From Candidatus Electrothrix yaqonensis (lineage in GTDB: Bacteria > Desulfobacterota > Desulfobulbia > Desulfobulbales > Desulfobulbaceae): a stretch of DNA of 32,000 nt. A program made the translations under genes and the position numbers. This document shows, piece after piece, positions 9,618-17,849 of this stretch. Location: positions 1,590,001 to 1,622,000 of the forward strand of contig CP178758.1 in NCBI GenBank assembly GCA_047651235.1, given 5' to 3'. The first letter of the stretch is position 1. Each line of letters starts with the position of its first letter. The notes beneath the pieces are model-generated. The model was given only the letters and a program-made list of their open reading frames with translations, made no database searches and was not told the origin of the DNA.

Positions 9618-12600
9618 ATGCCCAAAGTAACAGACGAATTTGAAGACCTCACACAGTTTGCAGATGAGTCGTTTGATACCGAAGAAGTTGATCTGTTTGA
9701 ATTTGCCGATGATGATGATTCCCCTCTCCTTCGTCTGAAGTCGATCGTTCTCTCTCTGGACTGGGACATTACCGAGCAGACTCTAGCCGAACTGACTGAA
9801 GAGGTGGCAAACCTGCGTTCGCTGTGGGACGGCGACAAGGTAGCGCAGATCTATCTTCAGGGAATGGACAATATCGGCAGATATCTTCAAAAAGAGGGGG
9901 CCTATGCTCATCCCAATGCGATTAAACTTCTTCTTACTCTCTTTTATAATTATGAAAAAATAATATCATCAACTGATATCAGCGGCGATGCCATAGCGGT
10001 AATGCTCAAGGCGGATGTCCGGAAATTTAAAGTACTTCAGTATCAGATCAGCGAAATTGCTGCCGGTTATGATGAGTCCGAAGCAGTTGAAGCAGTTGCT
10101 CCGACTGATGAACCTGTGCTTGAAGAGGAAGACAGAGCAGATTCCGGCGGAGACCAGGAAAAAGACAAGGACGACGATCCGCTGCACAGTATGGAAGCCA
10201 CTATTCTCGGCCTGGAATGGGAGGTTACCCGGGAAGGACTTGAGAAATTCCATGCTGAATCTACCGAACTGCGGGAAAGACTGCGTGATAACCGGGAGGC
10301 TCAGGTTCTTGTGCAGGGGCTGCAGGTATTGGGCGCCTATATTCGGGAGGAAGAGACAAATGCGCATCCGGATGCCTTTACTATCCTTCATTCCTTTTAC
10401 GATGCCTTGAAACTCCTGCTCCAGGATAAAAACCTCAGTGCCGAGCAACGGAAAAAAATTCTCCTTGAGCAGGTCGGCAGTCTGAACAGCCTGAAAGAAA
10501 TTATTGCCAAATCAGCAGCTGACAGAGAAGCAGGTCGTAACAATGTCAATAATATCGATAATACTGCAGAACCGGACAGAAAAGAATTTGCCGCCGAACC
10601 GGAGGTCGGAGTGCAGGATGATGCGGATGATATAAGCGGAAGTGACGAGTTTTCGCTTGCTGAAGATGATTTGGATCTGGATACTGCGGATGAGGAAGCG
10701 GGAGAGTTCGATTTTTCCACGTTTGATGAGGAGGAAACAGAATCCGCGTCTTCTGTACCTGAAAAAGAAAAAAATGCGGAAGAGGATGAAGGTGCTCTGG
10801 AACCTGACCTGTTTTCCGATGATTCCGATGAAGATGCGGATTTTGACTTTGGCGATTTGGGTGATTTTGGTGATGATGAACTCGGTGATGATGAACTGGC
10901 GTCCGACCTGAAGAAAGACCTTGATTCTGCTGAAGAAACTGCATCTGAAGAGCTGTTCGGAGAAGCCGAAGATATCGATCTTGATGCTGATTTTGATGCC
11001 GAGCCAGATGCGGATAGCCTCTTTCCGGATGATCAGGATGATGAATCTGAACTGGTGCTCTCTCCGGACAATGACGATGAATCAATCACACCGGCATTGA
11101 TGGATGTTGAAGAAGAAGGCATTCATGAAGAATTCGGATCGGCCGGAGATGCTGAGAACGATAAGCCCGCTGATCTGGATGACCGACTCGATTCGTTATT
11201 TGGTGCTGATGATGTTGAGGAGGATGATACCGGTAGCGGGGAAGCGGACAGGCAGGAGGAGCAGGAGGACCGGCATCAGGAAAAGCCGGTTGCTGAAATC
11301 GAGACGTTCAGCCCTGACAGTGGTGATACCCCGACTGATAAGCAGGCAGATGCCAAAGAAGAAGGCGAGTTGAACGACGATCTTGATTCATTCTTCGATT
11401 TTGACGATGAGCTGGAAAATGATGCGCGGGCGCTGGTTGACAACAGCGGACTTTTTGACGGTCTGAAAGATATTGACGCTGACGGAGAAGAAGATGAGGA
11501 ACTTCTGGAGGGAGAGGAAGACCTTGATTCATTCTTCGATTTTGACAGCGACGATAATGGTGATGAGGTACAGCTGGAGGAGGAGACCTCCGGGAGAGAA
11601 GATGACGCTCCGGCAGCCGATGATGACCAGGATGATGACGAATTCGATGTTGTACTGGAAGATCTTGACGGGGATCAGGAGAGTGAAGATGAAGACCTGC
11701 CGGTTGCTCTTGCGGATGCTGATGAGGAAGGCGGTTTTAATGAGGAGACTGTTGAGGTTGATGATGATCGGTCGTCCGAACTTGATGAAAAACTGGATTT
11801 CTTTTTTGATTTTGACAACGACACATCAGAATCAGAGGATGATCGGGCAGCAAGTGAGGATGAGCCGGTCGCTGCTGCGCAGGAGGATGACGGAACCGGA
11901 GACGATGCGGATTTGTTTTCTTTTGAGGAGGACGAAGCGCCTTCTGCCGCAGCGGAACAGGCACCGGACAACGCCAGGGATGCTGCGGAGGAAACCGGGG
12001 TACTTGCAAAATTGGATTCTCTCTTTGATACTGATGAAGATGATGACGAACTTTCTGATGATATCCAGGTAGAAGAACAGGCTGCAAAGACAGGCGGAGT
12101 GGCCGACGACGAGCTTGTTCTTTCCTTTGAGGATGAAAAGAGCGGACCGGACGAACCTGCCTTATCGTCAGAATCAGAACTCTCCTCAGTTGCCTCCGTT
12201 TCGGATGATCAGCAGGATGTCAGTGATGAACTTACTGAAGAGCTTGACAGTTTCTTCTCTTTTGACGATGAGGAACCGGGAGGAGAGCAGGCGGAAACCG
12301 AGACGGGTACCCCGAATGAATATGAAGAAATCGCTGACCTTGATGATGAACTTATCGTGCCGCTCGATGATGAAACTGCAGAGGAATCGGTAGCGGGCGA
12401 AGATGGGACCGTGGAAGAAAGCTCGGCGTTTGGGGATGCGTTTTCTTTGTTCCCTGATGATGAAGAAAGTGAGAAAAACAGTTCTGAGGAGCCTGCAGCT
12501 TCTCTGCCTGCGCAACCGAAGGAAACTCCATCCGCATCTGCGGATGAACCGGAAGAGCTTGATTCGTTCTTTGCTGCCGATGATGATGATGACGATGATG

Positions 12601-15600
12601 ATTTTGCCGGTGCGGCGCTGAGCGGCGATGCGGCTGCGGAACAGGCTGAGGATGAATTCGCCCTGTCGCTTGATGAGGATGACCTCGGCGGGGATGAGGC
12701 GGATGATTCCTTTTTTGCCGGAGCCGGAGCGGATGAGGATGAAGATGAGGAAGCGGCCGGAGCTGAACCGGATATCTCTGCTGAAGTAGCTGTATCCTCG
12801 GAAGAACCTGGAGATGAACCGGAAGAGCTTGATTCGTTCTTTGCTGCCGATGATGATGACGATTTTGCCGGTGCGGCGCTGAGCGGCGATGCGGCTGCGG
12901 AACAGGCTGAGGATGAATTCGCCCTGTCGCTTGATGAGGATGACCTCGGCGGGGATGAGGCGGATGATTCCTTTTTTGCCGGAGCCGGAGCGGATGAGGA
13001 TGAAGATGAGGAAGCGGCCGGAGCTGAACCGGATATCTCTGCTGAAGTAGCTGTATCCTCGGAAGAACCTGGAGATGATCCGAAAGAGCTTGATTCGTTC
13101 TTTGCTGCCGATGATGATGACGATTTTGCCGGTGCGGCGCTGAGCGGCGATGCGGCTGCGGAACAGGCTGAGGATGAATTCGCCCTGTCGCTTGATGAGG
13201 ATGACCTCGGCGGGGATGAGGCGGATGATTCCTTTTTTGCCGGAGCCGGAGCGGATGAGGATGAAGATGAGGAAGCGGCCGGAGCTGAACCGGATATCTC
13301 TGCTGAAGTAGCTGTATCCTCGGAAGAACCTGGAGATGATCCGAAAGAGCTTGATTCGTTCTTTGCTGCCGATGATGATGACGATTTTGCCGGTGCGGCG
13401 CTGAGCGGCGATGCGGCTGCGGAACAGGCTGAGGATGAATTCGCCCTGTCGCTTGATGAGGATGACCTCGGCGGGGATGAGGCGGATGATTCCTTTTTTG
13501 CCGGAGCCGGAGCGGATGAGGATGAAGATGAGGAAGCGGCCGGAGCTGAACCGGATATCTCTGCTGAAGTAGCTGTATCCTCGGAAGAACCTGGAGATGA
13601 TCCGAAAGAGCTTGATTCGTTCTTTGCTGCCGATGATGATGACGATTTTGCCGGTGCGGCGCTGAGCGGCGATGCGGCTGCGGAACAGGCTGAGGATGAA
13701 TTCGCCCTGTCGCTTGATGAGGATGACCTCGGCGGGGATGAGGCGGATGATTCCTTTTTTGCCGGAGCGGATGAGGATGAAGATGAGGAAGCGGCCGGAG
13801 CTGAACCGGATATCTCTGCGGAAGTAGCTGTATCCTCGGAAGAACCTGGAGATGAACCGGAAGAGCTTGATTCGTTCTTTGCTGCCGATGATGATGACGA
13901 TTTTGCCGGTGCGGCGCTGAGCGGCGATGCGGCTGCGGAACAGGCTGAGGATGAATTCGCCCTGTCGCTTGATGAGGATGACCTCGGCGGGGATGAGGCG
14001 GATGATTCCTTTTTTGCCGGAGCCGGAGCGGATGAGGATGAAGATGAGGAAGCGGCCGGAGCTGAACCGGATATCTCTGCTGAAGTAGCTGTATCCTCGG
14101 AAGAACCTGGAGATGAACCGGAAGAGCTTGATTCGTTCTTTGCTGCCGATGATGATGACGATTTTGCCGGTGCGGCGCTGAGCGGCGATGCGGCTGCGGA
14201 ACAGGCTGAGGATGAATTCGCCCTGTCGCTTGATGAGGATGACCTCGGCGGGGATGAGGCGGATGATTCCTTTTTTGCCGGAGCCGGAGCGGATGAGGAT
14301 GAAGATGAGGAAGCGGCCGGAGCTGAACCGGATATCTCTGCTGAAGTAGCTGTATCCTCGGAAGAACCTGGAGATGATCCGAAAGAGCTTGATTCGTTCT
14401 TTGCTGCCGATGATGATGACGATTTTGCCGGTGCGGCGCTGAGCGGCGATGCGGCTGCGGAACAGGCTGAGGATGAATTCGCCCTGTCGCTTGATGAGGA
14501 TGACCTCGGCGGGGATGAGGCGGATGATTCCTTTTTTGCCGGAGCCGGAGCGGATGAGGATGAAGATGAGGAAGCGGCCGGAGCTGAACCGGATATCTCT
14601 GCTGAAGTAGCTGTATCCTCGGAAGAACCTGGAGATGATCCGAAAGAGCTTGATTCGTTCTTTGCTGCCGATGATGATGACGATTTTGCCGGTGCGGCGC
14701 TGAGCGGCGATGCGGCTGCGGAACAGGCTGAGGATGAATTCGCCCTGTCGCTTGATGAGGATGACCTCGGCGGGGATGAGGCGGATGATTCCTTTTTTGC
14801 CGGAGCCGGAGCGGATGAGGATGAAGATGAGGAAGCGGCCGGAGCTGAACCGGATATCTCTGCGGAAGTAGCTGTATCCTCGGAAGAACCTGGAGATGAA
14901 CCGGAAGAGCTTGATTCGTTCTTTGCTGCCGATGATGATGACGATTTTGCCGGTGCGGCGCTGAGCGGCGATGCGGCTGCGGAACAGGCTGAGGATGAAT
15001 TCGCCCTGTCGCTTGATGAGGATGACCTCGGCGGGGATGAGGCGGATGATTCCTTTTTTGCCGGAGCCGGAGCGGATGAGGATGAAGATGAGGAAGCGGC
15101 CGGAGCTGAACCGGATATCTCTGCTGAAGTAGCTGTATCCTCGGAAGAACCTGGAGATGATCCGAAAGAGCTTGATTCGTTCTTTGCTGCCGATGATGAT
15201 GACGATTTTGCCGGTGCGGATGACAGAGATGAAGATCTTTTGCTTGATCAGAAATATGAGGAAAAATCAGAAGATATAAAGTATCCGGAGACGTTCGTGT
15301 CCGATGAGAAATCGGCAGCAGCCGAAGTTGAGGATGAAGTTGCCGCTGCGCTCATAAGCGATCAAAAGACTGAAAGTATGCCCGCAGCAGCGGCTCTGTT
15401 TGGTGCTGCTTCCCTTATCGGGGCTGCGGCGGTCTCATCTGCTTTTTCCGCAGACAAGGTGCAGCATCTTCAGGAGCTGACTGCTGCAGCCAAAAAAGAA
15501 GCCGGTCCCCAGCAGGGAGTTGTCCTGAACCTGCTGGAGTCTGCAACATCTATGATTGCCCGCACTCCCGAACCGGTGGAGGATGACCGCACCGTTATTC

Positions 15601-15863
15601 AGGAATTGGCTGCCGGGCTCGCCGAAGCGGACGATCCGGGGCAACTGACTGCTCTGGTCAGCCGTTACACTTCCTGGCAGCAGGAATTTTTTACCCGGCT
15701 CCTGACACGGACAGAAATTCCGCATATTGAACCGGCTGTTTCCGGAGCTGACAGCATCAGCAGTCAGGATGCCGTACATCAGGTGCAGGAGAGCTTTGCT
15801 CAGCTCAGGCAGGCCATGATGGATGAATTCAATCTGCTCAGAAAGGAACTGAAAAAAGGATAA
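9618..15863 (+). CDS. Giant hyper-acidic repeat protein (2,081 aa), unknown function; candidate MglAB-associated scaffold
   Basis: Single uninterrupted ORF. N-terminus has two paralogous ~75-aa domains. A long D/E-rich region carries reiterated LDSFF-type motifs. Then 10+1 near-identical 87-aa repeats, one Ala-rich hydrophobic segment, and a ~150-aa non-acidic helical C-terminus. I saw no signal peptide or catalytic motif. Confidence 0.85.
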   Translation: MPKVTDEFEDLTQFADESFDTEEVDLFEFADDDDSPLLRLKSIVLSLDWDITEQTLAELTEEVANLRSLWDGDKVAQIYLQGMDNIGRYLQKEGAYAHPNAIKLLLTLFYNYEKIISSTDISGDAIAVMLKADVRKFKVLQYQISEIAAGYDESEAVEAVAPTDEPVLEEEDRADSGGDQEKDKDDDPLHSMEATILGLEWEVTREGLEKFHAESTELRERLRDNREAQVLVQGLQVLGAYIREEETNAHPDAFTILHSFYDALKLLLQDKNLSAEQRKKILLEQVGSLNSLKEIIAKSAADREAGRNNVNNIDNTAEPDRKEFAAEPEVGVQDDADDISGSDEFSLAEDDLDLDTADEEAGEFDFSTFDEEETESASSVPEKEKNAEEDEGALEPDLFSDDSDEDADFDFGDLGDFGDDELGDDELASDLKKDLDSAEETASEELFGEAEDIDLDADFDAEPDADSLFPDDQDDESELVLSPDNDDESITPALMDVEEEGIHEEFGSAGDAENDKPADLDDRLDSLFGADDVEEDDTGSGEADRQEEQEDRHQEKPVAEIETFSPDSGDTPTDKQADAKEEGELNDDLDSFFDFDDELENDARALVDNSGLFDGLKDIDADGEEDEELLEGEEDLDSFFDFDSDDNGDEVQLEEETSGREDDAPAADDDQDDDEFDVVLEDLDGDQESEDEDLPVALADADEEGGFNEETVEVDDDRSSELDEKLDFFFDFDNDTSESEDDRAASEDEPVAAAQEDDGTGDDADLFSFEEDEAPSAAAEQAPDNARDAAEETGVLAKLDSLFDTDEDDDELSDDIQVEEQAAKTGGVADDELVLSFEDEKSGPDEPALSSESELSSVASVSDDQQDVSDELTEELDSFFSFDDEEPGGEQAETETGTPNEYEEIADLDDELIVPLDDETAEESVAGEDGTVEESSAFGDAFSLFPDDEESEKNSSEEPAASLPAQPKETPSASADEPEELDSFFAADDDDDDDDFAGAALSGDAAAEQAEDEFALSLDEDDLGGDEADDSFFAGAGADEDEDEEAAGAEPDISAEVAVSSEEPGDEPEELDSFFAADDDDDFAGAALSGDAAAEQAEDEFALSLDEDDLGGDEADDSFFAGAGADEDEDEEAAGAEPDISAEVAVSSEEPGDDPKELDSFFAADDDDDFAGAALSGDAAAEQAEDEFALSLDEDDLGGDEADDSFFAGAGADEDEDEEAAGAEPDISAEVAVSSEEPGDDPKELDSFFAADDDDDFAGAALSGDAAAEQAEDEFALSLDEDDLGGDEADDSFFAGAGADEDEDEEAAGAEPDISAEVAVSSEEPGDDPKELDSFFAADDDDDFAGAALSGDAAAEQAEDEFALSLDEDDLGGDEADDSFFAGADEDEDEEAAGAEPDISAEVAVSSEEPGDEPEELDSFFAADDDDDFAGAALSGDAAAEQAEDEFALSLDEDDLGGDEADDSFFAGAGADEDEDEEAAGAEPDISAEVAVSSEEPGDEPEELDSFFAADDDDDFAGAALSGDAAAEQAEDEFALSLDEDDLGGDEADDSFFAGAGADEDEDEEAAGAEPDISAEVAVSSEEPGDDPKELDSFFAADDDDDFAGAALSGDAAAEQAEDEFALSLDEDDLGGDEADDSFFAGAGADEDEDEEAAGAEPDISAEVAVSSEEPGDDPKELDSFFAADDDDDFAGAALSGDAAAEQAEDEFALSLDEDDLGGDEADDSFFAGAGADEDEDEEAAGAEPDISAEVAVSSEEPGDEPEELDSFFAADDDDDFAGAALSGDAAAEQAEDEFALSLDEDDLGGDEADDSFFAGAGADEDEDEEAAGAEPDISAEVAVSSEEPGDDPKELDSFFAADDDDDFAGADDRDEDLLLDQKYEEKSEDIKYPETFVSDEKSAAAEVEDEVAAALISDQKTESMPAAAALFGAASLIGAAAVSSAFSADKVQHLQELTAAAKKEAGPQQGVVLNLLESATSMIARTPEPVEDDRTVIQELAAGLAEADDPGQLTALVSRYTSWQQEFFTRLLTRTEIPHIEPAVSGADSISSQDAVHQVQESFAQLRQAMMDEFNLLRKELKKG
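12541..15229 (+). repeat. In-frame tandem array of 261-bp units (10 complete + 1 partial), inside the acidic-protein gene
   Basis: The motif g[g/a]aagagcttgattcgttc recurs at 12551, 12821, 13082, 13343, 13604, 13859, 14120, 14381, 14642, 14903 and 15164. Spacing is 261 bp, except 270 for unit 1 (+9 bp, extra GAT codons) and 255 for unit 5 (6-bp deletion near 13765). Confidence 0.97.
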
Positions 15864-15871
15864 AGCTGCCA

Positions 15872-16498
15872 ATGTTCGGTTTTCTGCAAAGCGTTACCTC
15901 CTCACTGGGCAGAAAATATATCATGGCTGCAACCGGTCTCCTGCTCGGGGACTTTCTGCTGATCCATGCTATCGGCAACAGCTTTATCTTTCAGGGAAAG
16001 GTCGCGTTTAATGCCTATGCCGAACATCTCCATTCTCTTGACCCTCTGATCCCGCTGTCGGAACTGCTGCTTGCAGCGGTGTTCCTGCTTCATATTGTTA
16101 CCGGGATCAGTCTGTTTCTGGAGAACCGGAAGGCCAGGGGCAGCAGGTACGCTGTCCGCAAATCAGCCGGAGGACAGACATGGGGAACCCGCACCATGCC
16201 GTGGACCGGGGCGGCCATCCTCGCCTTCCTCATCCTCCATCTTCTTACTGTCCGTTTTGTCGATCATGCGGTATCGGTGGCAGACACCGTGGTTACCGTA
16301 CTCGGCAATCCCCTCCTTTCTTTTCTTTATTTCCTCGGCGTGACCGCCTTGGCACTGCATATCAGTCATGGCTTCTGGTCGCTGTTTCAGAGTTTTGGTA
16401 TCAACCACCCGCAGTATAATCGGTTGATACGACGGGGTGGTTATCTACTGACGGCACTGATAAGCTGTATCTTTCTTAGTGTCATCCTGTTGTTATAG
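15872..16498 (+). CDS. Succinate dehydrogenase/fumarate reductase-type cytochrome b subunit (b558 family), orphan
   Basis: 208 aa, five predicted TM helices. N-terminal ..SSLGRKYIMAATGLLLGDFLLIHAIGN.. resembles SdhC/FrdC type B. Four helix-embedded His (H32, H74, H123, H163 by my count) fit dihaem ligation. No sdhA/sdhB-like ORF follows. Confidence 0.7.
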   Translation: MFGFLQSVTSSLGRKYIMAATGLLLGDFLLIHAIGNSFIFQGKVAFNAYAEHLHSLDPLIPLSELLLAAVFLLHIVTGISLFLENRKARGSRYAVRKSAGGQTWGTRTMPWTGAAILAFLILHLLTVRFVDHAVSVADTVVTVLGNPLLSFLYFLGVTALALHISHGFWSLFQSFGINHPQYNRLIRRGGYLLTALISCIFLSVILLL

Positions 16499-16650
16499 TT
16501 TCAAATAAATTCTTTAAGTTTCTGTCTGGAGTCATCAGGGAAACTCAAAATATTCAGGACAGCCGGAACAAACAACGGCATTGAATATCGGGCAACCTTT
16601 CCTTCTTTCCGGAAGGCCGCAGAGGGATGCCCATACCGCCCTTCACCTGT

Positions 16651-17256
16651 CTACCTGTCTGTGCAGGTAAACTGAATTGAAGAAAACATTGCCCAGCCGA
16701 GGCGCCTATTCATCGGGGTGCCATCAATCCAGCCGATCTCGGTCTGATAGCTGCCATCACCGTAATCCTTGCGTACCAGCGCGTGACCTGTCAGAACACC
16801 GGCAATACCACATAGTTTTGCATCTCCAAAGGCATCCTCCAGAGAAATATAGAATGTATGCTCTGTTTCTCCGGTAATATCCCCGGAAGTATAAAGGAAG
16901 CTGCCGACTTCAGGATTACCTTTTTCATCTGCAGGCATTCCTGCTTTGGCCGGGGTGTTTCCAGCTCCTGCCCAGAAATTCGTCTCGACAAGTTCCCATC
17001 CGTCAAGTGTCGCATAGGTGACTTCCAGAAAATCGCCGTCAGGCCTGATACAAACCAGACCTGCCAGAGTACGGTGACCGGCTATGAACGTCTGGCATAT
17101 GGGAGTATCCGTATTATATAAATTGACCTGATAATCCGCCGGATTGACCCGATAACCCGCCTGAGCGGTAAAAGGAATGGAAGCAAACAAAAGAGCTGCT
17201 GCGGAGATGAAACTTCTGCGGAATACTTTTGAAGAAAATTTTGATGTGAATTTCAT
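16651..17256 (-). CDS. Secreted protein of unknown function
   Basis: I prefer the Met at 17256: GGAGG sits 7 nt upstream on the - strand. Signal peptide MKFTSKFSSKVFRRSFISAAALLFASIPFTAQA|GY. Four Cys in the mature part; no family recognised. Confidence 0.6.
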   Translation of the reverse strand: MKFTSKFSSKVFRRSFISAAALLFASIPFTAQAGYRVNPADYQVNLYNTDTPICQTFIAGHRTLAGLVCIRPDGDFLEVTYATLDGWELVETNFWAGAGNTPAKAGMPADEKGNPEVGSFLYTSGDITGETEHTFYISLEDAFGDAKLCGIAGVLTGHALVRKDYGDGSYQTEIGWIDGTPMNRRLGWAMFSSIQFTCTDR

Positions 17257-17757
17257 AATATACCTCCAGATAAAAAAAATGCATGAGAAAGCAGGCAACC
17301 CGGCCGTCTCCCTGCTGGAGACCCTTGGCTTTCCGGCACCGCCTCACGGCGGCTGTGGCTTTATCAACTTTCCGGCTCTGCTTTTTCCGGAAAGTATATT
17401 ATGTCAAAGAACCTGCTGCGCTTAAGAACTATTCTTAGTTAAGATATCCTTACACTATTTATAGCTTAGATGCTATCAAATGTCAAACCTTTTTTTGAAA
17501 AAGTAAGACAAGCAACATTTTGAAATAACTTTATATTAAACCTGCAGGCCAAACAGTACTCGGCGTATATTCTGCTGCTCCTGTTACGCGTCCGGAAGTG
17601 GACTTCCGAAAATCCCGAAACCGGGTAAAAAATATTCACCTTTATTTTCCGGCAGGATAAAAATTACCCGCCCGGCAAGAGAATAAAGATGCAGAGATGA
17701 TAATAAAAACTATTCTTTTCCTTGTGCTGCATAATGGTACCTGCTCTGTCGGATGGG

Positions 17758-17773
17758 TGGCATAAATCTGGCA
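17758..17773 (+). promoter_or_regulatory. Candidate sigma-54 (-24/-12) promoter upstream of the two-CW miniprotein
   Basis: TGGCATaaatcTGGCA has GG and GC at the exact spacing of the TGGCAC-N5-TTGCW consensus, with one mismatch in the -12 box. Lies 77 nt upstream of the GTG at 17850. Confidence 0.4.
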
Positions 17774-17849
17774 GGGTTTATCTTCAGGGAGCAAGCTGTT
17801 ATGCGGTTCAGCTGACAGTATCCGGAGATGGAAACAGAAAGGTGAAACT

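Noticed and set aside
10397-12537. Several - strand and off-frame ORFs (His/Pro/Gln-rich or Met/Arg/Leu-rich, 60-199 aa) within the acidic-protein gene
   Set aside because: They are by-products of GAN-codon-rich DNA, whose complement and shifted frames lack stops. They have implausible composition and no start context.
12541-15229. Regular repeat array as a possible CRISPR locus
   Set aside because: The units are 261 bp and directly abutting, with no unique spacers. They are in frame within one long ORF and have no palindromic short repeat. This is a coding tandem repeat, not CRISPR.
11170-15229. LDSFFDFDD / ELDSFFAADD motifs resemble eukaryotic FFAT motifs (EFFDAxE in an acidic tract), hinting at a host VAP-binding effector
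   Set aside because: There is no secretion signal or effector context, and the gene content looks like a free-living organism. The resemblance is compositional. I kept it only as a generic aromatic-acidic SLiM.
15872-17300. Complete succinate dehydrogenase/fumarate reductase operon
   Set aside because: Only the cytochrome b subunit is present. The next ORF is a convergent secreted protein, and no flavoprotein or Fe-S subunit motifs appear in any frame.
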